Shown: positions 1-11,835, counted from the first letter of the stretch. The stretch: DNA of 64,000 nucleotides from Chiloscyllium plagiosum (GCF_004010195.1 NC_057719.1:19038198-19102197), one strand, 5' to 3'. Made by a program: numbers and translations. Notes: generated by a model from the sequence alone, not told the origin.

Positions 1-800
1 CCAATTGTCCAAATATCTGAAGCCCTCCCTCCTACACCATCCTTGCAGCCACGTGTTCAACTGCACTCTCTCCCTATTCCTTGCCTCACTGTCACGTGGC
101 ACCGGCAACAACCCAGAGATGATGACTCTGTCCGTCCTAGCTTTTAGCTTCCAGCCTAACTCCCTGATCTCCTGAATGACCTCCCCACCCCTCTTCCTAC
201 CTATGTCATTGGTGCCAATGTGCATCACGACTTCTGGCTGCACACCCTACCCCTTAAGGATTCTGAAGACACGGTCCGAGACGTCTCGGACCCTAGCACC
301 TTTGGCGGCATGGTGGCCCAGTGGTTAGCACTGCAGCCTCGCAGCGCCAGAGACCCGGGTTCAATTCCCGACTCAGGCGACTGACTGTGTGGAGTTTGCA
401 CATTCTCCCCGTGTCTGCGTGGGTTTCCTCCGGGTGCTCCGGTTTCCTCCCACAGTCCAAAGATGTGCAGGTCAGGTGAATTGGCCATACTAAATTGCCC
501 GTAGTGTTAGGTAAGGGGTAAATGTAGGGGTATGGGTGGGTTGCGCTTCGGCGAGTCGGTGTGGACTTGTTGGGCCGAAGGGCCTGTTTCCACACTGTAA
601 TGTAATCTAATCTAATCTAAAAAAAACTAATCACATGGGAGGCAACAAACCATCCGAGAGTCTCGCTCATGTCCACAGAACCACCTGTCTGTCCCTCTAA
701 CTATAGAGTCTCCTATAACTAGCGCTCTCCTCTTCTCCCCTTTCCCTTCTGGGCCTCAGAGCAGGACCTCGTGCCAGAGACCCGGTCACTGCAGCTTACC
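1..800 (-). mobile_element. CR1 LINE ORF1 fragment (SGNH/GDSL esterase-like), split by an HE1 SINE at ~301-635
   Basis: Minus strand reads SRMVCCLP|GARVRDVSDRVFRILKG..QPEVVMHIGTNDIGRKRGGEVIQEIRELGWKLKARTDRVIISGLLPVPRDSEARNRERVQLNTWLQGWCRREGFRYLDNW (one frameshift), the typical CR1 ORF1 esterase; the motif CCLP-GAR is interrupted exactly by the SINE. Confidence 0.85.
304..620 (+). mobile_element. HE1-type (V-SINE) tRNA-derived SINE, full length
   Basis: A box TGGCCCAGTGG, B box GGTTCAATTCC, central GTGTGGAGTTTGCACATTCTCCCCGTGTCTGCGTGGGTTTCCTCCGGGTGCTCCGGTTTCCTCCCACAGTCCAAAG, CR1-like tail GGGCCGAAGGGCCTGTTTCCACACTGTA and (AATCT)n end. Confidence 0.93.
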
Positions 801-804
801 CCTG

Positions 805-933
805 CTATGCTAAATTGCCCATAGTGTTAGGTGCATTAGGGAAATGGGTCTGGGTGGGTTACTCTTCGGAGGGTCGGTGTGGACTGATTGGGCCGAATGG
901 TCTGTTTCCACACTGTACGGAATCTAATCTAAT
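805..933 (+). mobile_element. 5'-truncated HE1-type SINE
   Basis: Matches the 3' half of the 304-620 copy (GCTAAATTGCCC...TTTCCACACTGTA..AATCTAATCT). Confidence 0.85.
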
Positions 934-935
934 AT

Positions 936-1503
936 TAGTGTATAAGTCCTGCTAAGGTTTGCTTTCCCAAAATGCAGCACCTTGCATTTATCTGAATTAA
1001 ACTCCATCTGCCAGTTCTCAGCCCATTTGCCCAACTGGTCCAGATCCTGTTGTAATCTGAGGTAACCTTCTTCGCTGTCCACTACACCTCCAATTTTGGT
1101 GTCATCTGCAAACTTACTAACTCTACCTCTTATGCTCGCATCCAAATCATTTATCATGCCCCTCTTGATTTTTTAAACCTCTATAAGGTCACTCCTTAGC
1201 CTCTGATGTTCCAGGGAAAATAGGTCCAGCCTAGTCTGCCTTTTCCTTTAGCTCAAACCCTCCAATCCAGGAAACATCCTTGTAAATCTTTTATGCATCC
1301 TTTCAAGTTTAACAACATCTTTCCTATAGCAGGGACACCACGATCGAATGCAGTATTCCAATAGTGGCCTAACAAATGTGCTTTATAGCTGCAACATAAC
1401 ATCCCCACTCCTATACTCAATGCACTGATCAAAAAAGGCAAGCGTACTGAACACCGCCCTCACTATCCTATCTACCTAGTACTCCACCTTCAAGGAACTA
1501 TGA
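936..1503 (-). mobile_element. CR1 LINE ORF2 reverse-transcriptase fragments
   Basis: INDLD..SKFADDTKIGGVVDSEEGYLRLQQDLDQLGKWAENWQMEFN..KCKVLHFG (924-1157) plus a decayed RT C-terminal segment (1160-1503). Confidence 0.9.
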
Positions 1504-1929
1504 CAGTAAGCAGCATGGCTGGTGCAAGTGAGGGGAAAAGAGGTAAGATATATTCAAGGGGAGAGGAGGCAGCAGAGAGAGTATGCAGGGTCAGCAGTGT
1601 CTGAGAGATAAGGTCTGGGGGGGAAGCATGAGTTAGGGAATATTTTGTATGCAATATTGAACAAAGACCTCATTGGGATATGGGTGCAGTAGTAGATTGA
1701 AGGTGAGGGAGCAGAGAGAAAAATGTGGCATTTACCCTGTCAGAACGAGGAAAGTCACTGACCTTTATTCTGCAATGTTAGCAGTTCTTTCATACACTTG
1801 CACTGATCCAGGTGGTGACACCAGAGCAGGCTGGCAAAGTCTGGTGTTATGCTGCCCACATCTCTGGGAAGAGAACATCTCTCCTCTGGACAACTCCATC
1901 CACCAAGACCTCCAGGTCCCTGTTGGAGG

Positions 1930-2630
1930 TGGGGTCGAATTCAGAAATGAGAGACATCACAGAAGCACAAATAAAGCTTACAGTATCCTTGGCTTTATTC
2001 AAAGGAGCATAGATCACGGAACAAGGAGGTTACGCTGAAATTCTGTAAGTTACTAATTAGACCTTGACTGGAGTATTGTGCACAGTCTACATGCATTAGG
2101 AATGGTGTGAATGCATTAGAGAGAGTGCAGTAAAGATTTGCAAGAATGGTCCTGCAAAAGAAAACTCTATTACGAGCATTGTTTGGAGAAGCTGGGTCCA
2201 TTTTCTTTGGAGAGGAAAAGGGTAAGAGGAGATCAGATTGATGTTTTCAAAACTATGAGGGAATTGGATGGAGTAGATGATGGAAACTCTTCCGTCCTTT
2301 AAAGGATTAAGTACAAGAGGGCACAGATTGAAAGTAATTTACAAAAGACGCAAATAAGTTGTGAGAAAAATAAACACTCTCACACAGTGAGTAGTCAAGG
2401 TCTGGAAAAGTGATGGAATCAAATTTAGTGCAGTTAAGCTAAAAACTAAAACTTAATTTAGGTTTAGTTGAGACATTCAAAAGAACAGTAGATAATTACT
2501 TAAATAGAAATAATATTTATGGTAATGCGGAAAAGATAGAATGCCATTAAATAATGATGTTCTTTCAAAGAACCAGTGCAGACATGGTGAGCCTAACAGT
2601 TTCCTTCTACACCATAACAATTCTGTGAGG
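1930..2630 (+). mobile_element. Old CR1 LINE 3' fragment
   Basis: KAYSILGFIQRSI, decayed LEYC/LERVQ/RGD motifs, TRGH and a CR1-like 3' UTR ending ...ACAATTCTGTGA. Confidence 0.75.
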
Positions 2631-2679
2631 AGAAACATTGGAGAACATAAAAGGCATATTTGTAAAGAGTTGTGTATGT

Positions 2680-3266
2680 AATACCAACAAACATAACAGA
2701 AATCTGACGATAGTGTTCGAACAGGGCTTGTCAATTGGACAATTTTACTACTGGCGGTTGGGTTTTGTGTGGGTTGGGTTTTATGTGAGCCAATCAAATG
2801 TTTTAACAGCAATTTGATAAAGGAATCACTGTGGAATCTGTGCCATCAGGACTGCCATGAACTGAGCTAAGGAGTTGAATTGTTGATCACCTCTGAGGAT
2901 CTTGGATAAAATAGAGCTGTCAGTGAGCATGGATCAAGAGCCAATTTGCTTGAATGGAGAAGCGAGACATCCTAACAACCGGGGCTGATTTCGAGAACTC
3001 TGGTATTGCATATTGTGCCACATGACTGTGAGGAGTATGTAAGTGTTATTGGCCGTGTAAGACATATCATGTTGTATTGACTAAAGTGCAATTCACCTTT
3101 CTGTTTGTAATATATTTTACCTGATTATGCTTAATTTGCATTGATTCTCAAACCTGATAAAGTAAAAGATATAAAAAGAAGAATTTTTTTGGTAGTTACT
3201 TAATTTGAGGGTTGGCTGGTAGGTTTGTTTGTTTTGGTTTATGGTGTACCCATTGGGATCATGACA
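2680..3266 (+). mobile_element. Possible solo LTR
   Basis: Ends GGGATCATGACA, resembling ends of shark LTRs; 5' boundary uncertain, no clear TSD. Confidence 0.3.
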
Positions 3267-3504
3267 ACTTAATATTAATAATTGTGCTACAAATATTTCT
3301 GATCCCTCACAACTACTCACTAATCTGCCCAGACATGTTCAAGTGGCATAAGGTAATAATTGATTAGACCATACATTCTAATCATGCAGATCTATAGCTC
3401 ATAACTCTATGGATAGTGGCCCTGTATGGTTACATAAGACCTGGCCCCTCCTGTATTATAGTACCTAGCATATTGAAACATTTGCTTTAATAATAGTCTT
3501 GGGT

Positions 3505-3981
3505 TATAGAGCTATACAGCACAGAAACAGACCCTTCACTCCAAAAAGTCCATGCCAACCATAATCCCCAACTAAATTAGTCCCACCTGTCTGCCCCTGG
3601 CCCATATCCCTCCAAACCTTTCTCAGTCATGTACTTATCCAAATGTCTTTTAAATGTTTCAACTGTACCCACATCCATCACTTCCTCTGGAAGTTCAGTC
3701 CACACACAAGCCACTCACTGCATAGAAAAGATGACCCTCGTGTCTATTTTAAATCTTTCTCTTCTCACCTTAAAAATATACTCTCTCATCTTGAAATCCC
3801 CCATCCTTGGGAATAGAAATCTGTGATTCATCTTATCTATACCTCTCATGATTATATAAATTCTAAAAGGTCACTCCTCAACCTCCCATGCTCGAGTGAA
3901 AAAAATGTCCTAGCCTATCCAGCTTCTCCTTATAACTCAAACCCTGCATTCCTGGCAATATCCTGGTAAATCCCTTCTACT
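3505..3981 (-). mobile_element. CR1 LINE 3' end
   Basis: Reverse-complement CR1 tail (ATAGAGCTATACAGCACAGAAACAGACCCTTC...) followed by decayed RT C-terminus. Confidence 0.85.
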
Positions 3982-4730
3982 GCATGTTGATGTTATCCAT
4001 TAATGTGCATATTACTACAAAATAGGATCCAACTTCTCAGCAAAACATGAATATTGAAAAAGGGCAAAAAAATGCATGCTCTAAGTTATCATCTAACAAC
4101 ATCTGGAGGAATATTTGAGGCCAAATGGAATAAGGAAATAAGAGATCGGCATATGAATAAGGGGTTAATTGGGTTAGACCTAATGGCATAAATATGGGGT
4201 GTCAGTTATCAGTGGGGTGAGTGTGGTTCACTGAAATAAAGCTCTCACTACAAAGTGTGGACTTGGACTTTGATCAACAATATTTATTTTCCAGCATATA
4301 ACAATGGGAGAAGAGGATAGTTGAGACAAAATGTACAGTTTCAGGTTATGAATACTCACTCCTGTAACTGAACATGAGTCTTATACACAATGAAAGAATA
4401 AAGTAACAATGATGGGTTTTAACCTTAGCACTTCCATTTCTATGCAGAAGCCCATGTGGTTGAGAACTAGAAGGAAAGCTTAATAAAGTATATCAAACAA
4501 TAGACTTACCAAGTTGGAGACAATTTGGCGAATATCCAGGTGTGATAAATAGGGGCGAACCAGCTTATTACACGGGTGGATATGCACAGAAAATATATTT
4601 TAAGGCTAAAGGAAGACTGATGGCGCAATGTTTTAAAAAAAAACTGTGGGGACTTACCTAGTAAACCAATTCAGAAAGAGCAACTTTGAAAGGTTTCTTG
4701 GCTTTGTTAGCAAGAAATGCTTTGGGAATT

Positions 4731-5496
4731 TTTTCTTATTCATTTGTGGGACTTCGGTGTAGCTGGCTGGTCAGCGTTGATTATCCACCCCTATTTGCCC
4801 TTGAGAAGGTGGTGTGAGCTGCCTTCTTGAATTGCTGCAGTCCAATTGCTGTGGCTTGATCCACAATGCCATTAGGGAGAGAATTCCAGGATTTTGACCC
4901 AACGACTGTGAAGGAACAGAGGTATATTTCCAAGTCAGGGTGGTGAGTGGCTTGGAGGGGAGCTTGCAGATAGTGGTGTTCCCAAGTACCTGCTGCCCTT
5001 GTTCTTCTCGATGGAAGTGGTCTTGGGTTTGGAAGATGCTGTCTAAGGATCTTTCGTGAATTTCTGCAGTGCATCTTGTAAATAGTAAACACTGCTGCTA
5101 TTGAGCACTGGTGGTGGAGGGATTGAATGTTTGTAGATGTGGTGCCAATTAAGTGGGTTGCTTTGAGCTGAATGGTGCCAAGCTTCTTGAGTGTTGTTGG
5201 AGTTGCACTCATCCAGGCAAGTGGGGAGTATTCCATCACATGCCTGACTTGTAGATGATGGATAGACTTTGGGGTATCAGGAGGTGAGTTACTCACTGCT
5301 GTATCCCTAGTCTCTGACCTGCTCTTCTAGGCACTCTGTTTATGTGGTGAGTTCAGTTGAGTTTCTAGTCAATGGTAACCCAAAGGATGTTGACAGTGTG
5401 GGATTCACTGATTGTAAAACCGTTGAATGTCAAGGGGTGGTGGTTAGAGTGTCTCTTATTGGTGATGGTCATTATCTGGCATTGGTGTGGTGCGAA
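4731..5496 (-). mobile_element. APE-RT LINE 3' fragment (same family as 28250-35545)
   Basis: VRHVMEYSPLAWMSATPTTLKKLGTIQLKATHLIG..SLHH..AAVFTIYKMHC; 3' tail related to GGGCAATAAATGCTGGCC..CCCATGAATGAATAAA. Confidence 0.85.
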
Positions 5497-5691
5497 TGCA
5501 AATCAATTGATAATAAAGTTGCATTTCTGCAGAGAAGTAACGCTCAAAAGTGATGTACTTCTCTGTCCTTCAAAAGAGGCATCAAAATCAATGAGGACAG
5601 TTTGGAAGTTAAATAATTTTGCATATAGCCAAAATGATGCCTTGAATGTTTGGTACTTCTCAGTAAGGTTTGTCTTGTTAAAACTGGGATT

Positions 5692-6835
5692 CATTTTTCA
5701 CTCATGGAATGTGATGTCTCTGGCTGGACCAAGATTTATTACCCATCCTGAATGATAATAGTCTTCTTGAAACGATGCAGTCCAAGTACTGTAGGTAAAT
5801 CAATAAATGTTGTCAGGAAGGGGATTTCAGGATCTAGGGCCAGTGTCAGTGTATTTCCAAGTCAGGATGGTGAGTGGCTTGGAAGAGAACTTGCCGGTGG
5901 TGATGTTCCCATGTATCTGCTACCCTTGCCCTTCTAAATGCAGTGCATCTTGTAAACGGCACACATTGTTGCTACTGAGTATTTGCAGTGAAGTTGATGA
6001 ATGTTTGTGGATGTGTTGCCAAGCAAGGATGGTGCCAAGTTTCTTGAGTATTGTTGAAGATGTACTCACTCAGGCAACTGGTAAGTATTCCATCACACTA
6101 TGACTTAACTTGTAGATAGTGGTTAGGGTTTAGGGAGTCTGCAAATGATCTAATTACTACAGGATTCCTGGTTTCTGACCTGCTCTAGTAGCCATTGTAT
6201 TTACATGGCTAGTCCAGTTCAGTTCTGGTTCTGAGTATAGTGGCAATGCCATTGAATGCCAAGTTATGGTTAAATTATCTTTTCCTTAAGATGTGCATTG
6301 CCTGGCATATGTGTGGTGCAAATTTGCCACCTTTTTAGCCTAATCCTATACAATATCCATGTCTTGCTGCATTTGGACATGGACTGTTCCTGTATCTGCG
6401 GAGTCATGAATAGTCATTTGGAGTCATGAGTAGTGCTCACCATGATGCAATCATTGTCAAACATCCCACTCCTGACATTATGATGGAGTAAAAGCTGAAG
6501 GTTTTTGAGCCTAGGACACTAGCCTGAGGAGAGATGTATTGGAGCTGAGATAACTAACCCAATTCACCACAACCATCTTCCTTTGTGCAGGATATGACTC
6601 CAACAAACAGAGAATCGGTTCTCTGATCCCTATTGACTCCAGTTTTAATAGGGCTCCTTGATGCCCCATTCAGTCAAATGTGATCTTGATGACAAGGGCA
6701 TTCAATCTCACCTCACATTTGGCAGTCACTCTCCCCTCATTTGAGCGTCTTTGCCCATGTTTGAAGCAAGGCTGTAATGAGGTTAGGAACAGAGTTTCCC
6801 TGGAGGAAACCAAACTGGGTATCAGTGAGCAAGCT
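5692..6835 (-). mobile_element. Second, more decayed copy of the same LINE family
   Basis: Colinear with 4731-5496, then continues into RT (reverse complement of AAFDxxxHQG and QFGFxQG-type segments). Confidence 0.8.
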
Positions 6836-8505
6836 GGTTTCAGATCCTACTATTTTACTAGAACGAAATGATGCAGCTTTCAGGCATCTTTACATGTCAA
6901 AATGGCACTTTTCTTCAGAAAAATGTTGGAAGAAATTCCAAAGAGAGATTCAGCAACAGTACCAATGAAGTGCTATGTTGACAAAAGGTCTCTATATATA
7001 ACATACATACAACAAAATGTATGAATGAAAAAAGAAAGTGATTCTTGATTACAGTTTTAAAACAAATGCTAGAGAATTGAGAAATCTCCAAATTGAAAGG
7101 GGTGGATAGCAGCAGTCAGCTATCTGATTAGTTTACACAGAAAGGAGCAAGATCTAAGAAACTGTTGGACATATTGGAAAAAGGATGCTTGAAGCCTAGC
7201 TGTGCAAATAAAACAAAACAAGAATATAATATGTATTTTGTATATTTTGTTTTGTTTATTTTTAAATTATTGTTTTCTAGTGATTTATTTTAAAGAAAAC
7301 AACTGAATCCATTATCATCAAAAGCCTGAAGGAATGCTTGAAACCTAATGGAGTGAGGATATTGGTGATAGATATATTAACTAAATTGGTTTTAAATTAA
7401 TTAATTGGATGAGAGTGGTTTGTATAAATATGGGGACATAGTAATCACTTGAATGAGTCTTATAGAGTGTGATTAACTACAAAACAGGTCTCACTAAAAT
7501 ATATGGACTTGGACTCTGTTGATAAACATTTATCTTCCAGTGTATAACATTCTGCAACTTATGACCAATGTGTAATTACTTCATTACTACCTTTCTGTGA
7601 AATGTAGACATGTACAGACATTAAGCATTGCCATAATGGAATAGTACATCTCTAATATGGCTCCTCCTCCATGCATCAAAAAAGATATCCCTCAACTGCT
7701 TACAGTTGAATAAAATATACTTAGATTTTAGCCTTTTTCTAGTACTTATGGAATAGCAATTCAGGTAGAGAACATGATAAACTGGATATTTTCACTAAAA
7801 ACTGTCCAAACTGCAATGAACATTTACCCACGTGACCCAGCTCAGAAAAGTTTGGGGAACTGTCAAGTAAGCTCCAAGAATTGTTGAGTAAGTAAAAGGA
7901 GCTGCTGAGTCATGATCACGGAAAGAAACAACTGAATATTTAAGTAATTTCTCAGACCTGTAAATTGCAATTAACAGGAACCCATAGGAGTGATGAATTA
8001 ACCTTTTGGACATGACCAATTCTGTGGGTTTCCAGCATGGGTTCTTAAAATTAATATAATCAATCATGAAGTCTCAAATTGCATTGAATGTAAGTTGTAC
8101 TTAAAATTCTAACATCTTTGAAATGGCTGCCCTTACTTTGTCCAAATTATACTCAGATTTTCCTCAAGTGGAAACCTAAAGTCTACATATTTATTTGCTG
8201 AGCTAAACTACTTCCTTTCCCAAGACAATGGGTGTTTCTGATTTGAATTCAAGCTCTTCAAATGACTTTCCTGATAAATACTGAAAAACAGCATATTTGC
8301 CAGATTTGAAGTTCTTTACCTGCATGAATGTTTTCCGCAACAAAGCCCCATTTTTTTTTGTTTGAATTGGACTATTCAGATATGACGTCAGAAAGCAATT
8401 TTTCCCAAAAGAGGTTGTGGCTGGATATCAGTTGAAAACCTGCAGGCCAAGATTCTAAAGTTTAAGTTAGGTATGGAGTGCACAGAATCCAGATTTTTTG
8501 CTTTT

Positions 8506-8846
8506 GTTATTCATTCACAGGATGAGGTCAGCTAGGTCAGTATTTATTACCCACCCCTAATTGCCCATTGGGCAGTTAAGAGTCAACCACATTGCTGTGG
8601 GTCAAGAGTCACACGTAGGCCAGACAGGGTAAGGATGACAGTTTCATTCTCTAAAGAACATTAGTGAACCAGATGAATTTTTCTGACAAACGATTCATGG
8701 TCATCATTAGATTCACAATTCAAGATTTTTATTAAATTCCAATTCCACCCTCTGCCTGGGCAGGCTTTGAACACAGGAACCCAGAACATTACCCAGGTCT
8801 CTGGGTTAACAGTCCAGTGTTAATACTGCGAGGCCATTACCTTCCC
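8506..8846 (-). mobile_element. tRNA-headed SINE sharing its 3' tail with the APE-RT LINE
   Basis: Reverse complement of the 17258-17605 and 22441-22870 copies (core ..GGTTCACTAATGT.CTTTAG.GAA..). Confidence 0.85.
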
Positions 8847-9106
8847 TATAGGGAGAGAGAGGCAGAGGGAGTTGTGATATGAGTCAACCATAAGCTAATT
8901 GAACAGACTCGGAGAGCTGAATGTTCAGTTCCTGTTCTAATGCATATATACACACGTGCGCGTGCACTCACACACAGATGCATGTTACGACACATACACA
9001 AATGAAGCTTTGCGTTTAACATGTCTCTGATACCAAACCATCACATTGTTCATTTTGGATCTCTTACATTCATTGACAAAGGAGAACATTGTGGATTATT
9101 CGACCA

Positions 9107-9254
9107 GGAGAAAGTGAGCACTGCAGATGCTGGAGATCAGAGCTGAAAATGTGTTGCTGGAAAAGCACAGCAGGTCAGGCAGCATCCAAGGAACAGGAGA
9201 ATCGACGTTTCGGGCATAAGCCCTTCTTCAGGAATGAGGAAAGTGTGTCCAGCA
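9107..9254 (-). mobile_element. Short Penelope-terminus element with 14-bp TSD
   Basis: GAGAAAGTGAG..CTGCAGATGCTGGAG..CAGCAGGTCAGGCAGCATCC..; flanked by GGATTATTCGACCA at 9093-9106 and 9255-9268. Confidence 0.8.
9200..9236 (-). ncRNA. Minimal hammerhead ribozyme-like motif
   Basis: Minus strand: AUUC-CUGAAGA-AGGGC(UUAU)GCCC-GAAAC-GUC-GAUU; intact CUGANGA and GAAA core, 4-bp helix II, palindromic ACGU in place of helix III, weak helix I. Confidence 0.55.
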
Positions 9255-10310
9255 GGATTATTCGACCACACAACCATCCAGGCTTCATTTTGCTTTCCCC
9301 TCAAAATACACAAGTGGGAGACTGTCATCACTTGCATTTGACCAGTGGGAAAACCATGATATACCAATGCATTCATTATTTTTCAATTGTTCTGTACAGA
9401 TCACAATCCAGCATTTAACAGCAAAAACATGAGATCTTCATTAACTACAATGGCACAACCATATTTACACCACAAATATACCTGTAATGTGCAGCATAGC
9501 ATTCATTTACTTGAGTATGACTGCACATTAAAATATTTGCTGCATCAGAATACTCTGGACCTGTTTGTGCCAGTGTTGCACCCTGGGCAGGAACTTTCAT
9601 CTCCCGAAGCCATAAGTAGTAAGATCAGTTCAATTGAATAGCCTTCAGCAGTTTGGTGGAGAAATTCACATGTAATACTGAAGCAGTGCACCAGTGGGAG
9701 CTTGGATAGTAGGATCACAGCCTCTAAAATGTCAAGAATGGCTATGATTGCTGAGCAGGTGAGGACAGCATCAGGGAAGTAGAAAAGTGTTTGCACGCTT
9801 TGTATTATATACTTCTATTATTCAATACTACCAGTGGGAGAAATTCTCAAATGTTAGCCCTCACCTGATGCGAACAATTTGCTTTGGAAACTGTTGCAGG
9901 CAGTGCCTTTGATTGACAGGGACTAGAAAGGACATTCCAGATGTCAGAGTGCTCATTTTCTACCAGTATATAATGGATCATCTGTTTTCTTGCTATTATT
10001 TTCTTATGGAGCTGTTACAGATGTACTTACTCTGTTGAGCCTTGGGTGGTGGTGACACACGTAGTATAGTATAGACAGCAAGTGAGCAGTTGTACATCTT
10101 GCTTCTCCATGAAGAAGCACAAAGCAGAATGTAGCTAAGCTCATAATCTGAAGGGAACCAATGTTGTAAGATTCCTCCACCGAAACCAAAATCTTTGCTT
10201 TACTTCAAAAACAACGCAGTGTGCTGCAGCTGCTGGAAATTTGAAAGGGAAAGAGAAAATGATGGGGAAGCTCAGCAGGTCTGGCATCATGCATGAACAG
10301 CTATGGTTTC

Positions 10311-10690
10311 TATAAGATCATAAGATGCAAGAGCAGAAGTAGAGCACAGAGAACCTCAGGTCTGTTCTGCCATTCAATCTGATCATGGCTGATCTGTCAA
10401 TCTTCAATTTCAATTTCCTGCTTTTTCCCTACAACCCTTGATTCCATTATTGTACTTAACTGAATGAACTTAACAACTCAACACCAACCCTCAGCATTAA
10501 AGAATTCCACAGATTCACTACCCTCTGAGAGACAAAACTCCTCCTCATCTCTGTTTTGAACCCTTATTCTGAGTCCTAGAGTCTCCCACAAGGGGAAGCA
10601 TGCCTCCATATCTAACCTGTCAGGTCCCCTAAGACTCGTCTGTGTTTTAATATGATCCCCTCTCATTCTTTTCAATTCCAATGAGGCAGG
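10311..10690 (-). mobile_element. CR1 LINE 3' end
   Basis: SLELKRMRGDHIKT..GPDRLDME; CR1 tail repeat CATAAGA at the start. Confidence 0.8.
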
Positions 10691-10959
10691 TTCTTTCCAG
10701 TCCACTATGAGTCCTCTTTAGAACCAAAATGAGCTGGAAAATGGTTTATTTTATTCTGTTGACAGAGGAGGGAAGCAGGAGGAAATGGCACAGACAGCTG
10801 CCCAGAGTAAGAGACAAAAGGAATGTAATTGATGGTATGGAAGTTATACAGATTTAGAATATGTCTATATGTTAGTTGTGAAAAGGGGAAAATGCGTCTA
10901 CCCTACTGGCAACAAAGTCAACAAGATACAAATAAGACAGGGCTGGGACCTTGAGCTTC

Positions 10960-11240
10960 TAATCAAAATGAAGGTAGAGAGTTCTTGCTCTGAACTTGTT
11001 AAAGTCATTATTCAATCCTACATGCAGTAAAGTGCCAAAACAGCAAATGAGGTACCATTCTTCCATTTTGCTTTATTGGAACACTGTGGCAGATCCACGT
11101 TGGAAATGTTAATGTGGAGCAAGATAGTTTATTAAAATGAAAAGTATTTGGAACATTGGGTGCATTCTTAGGGACTGAGTGGAGATGCCCTGCAAAAGAG
11201 TCACCCCATCTGCCTATTAATCTCATCAATGTAAAGCAGA
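10960..11240 (-). mobile_element. Decayed Penelope GIY-YIG endonuclease fragment
   Basis: RLIGRWGDSFAGHLHSVPKNAPNVPNTFHFN resembles Penelope ETKRRLGDRFAEHLRSV..P.LPVA.HFN. Confidence 0.6.
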
Positions 11241-11254
11241 ATGGGAAGACTGTT

Positions 11255-11835
11255 ACCTGGTGACACTGTCACTGAAGTAGTAATCCAAAGGAGAAAGTGA
11301 GGACTGCAGATGCTGGAGATCAGAGTCAAAGTGCGGGTGCTAGAAAAGCACAGCCGGTCAGGCAGCATCCGAGGAGCAGAGAAATCGATGTTTCAGGCAT
11401 CGTTTTTCATTCGTGATGAAGAGCTTGTTCTCAAAACTCCTGCTCCTTGGATGCTGCCTGAGTGGCTGTGCTTTTCCAGCACCCACACATCGACTTCAAA
11501 TCCAAAAGCCAAAGCTAATGTTCCTCACAATGATAGATGGAAATAATTTTTATTCAATGGAAAAACTTTGAGTGAATAAAGAGTTGACCTAATGATGACC
11601 ATGTAATCATTAAATAAAAACTGAAAGAGCTGCAGACACTGTAAATCAAAAACAGAAATTGCTGGAAAAGCTCAGCAGGTCAGGCAGCATCTGTGGAGAG
11701 AAATCAGTGTTAATGTCTCAGGTCGAGGGACTCTTCGTCAGAACAGCTTTGAACTCATGTCATCAGCTCTGAGCATTAACCTGGCTCTCTGGATTGTTAA
11801 TCCATTGACATTATCATTATGCTACCATCTTCCCT
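11255..11835. mobile_element. Cluster: tRNA-headed SINE (+) carrying a palindromic Penelope-terminus insert (11290-11498, TSD AATCCAAA), a second short element (11615-11745) and a SINE head on the minus strand (11745-11835)
   Basis: TSD at 11282-11289 and 11499-11506; imperfect inverted arms CTAGAAAAGCACAGCCGGTCAGGCAGCATCC / GGATGCTGCCTGAGTGGCTGTGCTTTTCCAG. Confidence 0.7.

Larger units (their letters stand above)
4086..7549 (+). mobile_element. Old two-LTR element (Gypsy-like, internally deleted), with two LINE insertions
   Basis: Diverged direct repeats at ~4086-4303 and ~7312-7549, both ending TATAACA; AATAAA in the first; PBS-like TGGGAGAAGAGG right after the first. Confidence 0.55.

Noticed and set aside
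304..375. tRNA-like sequences with A and B boxes
   Set aside because: They are SINE heads running into SINE bodies; no complete cloverleaf or Pol III terminator.
225..595. Recurring ORFs such as MANSPDLHIFGLWEETGAPGGNPRRHGENVQTPHS (also near 14779, 33113, 46666, 54045)
   Set aside because: Antisense translations of HE1 SINEs, not a gene family.
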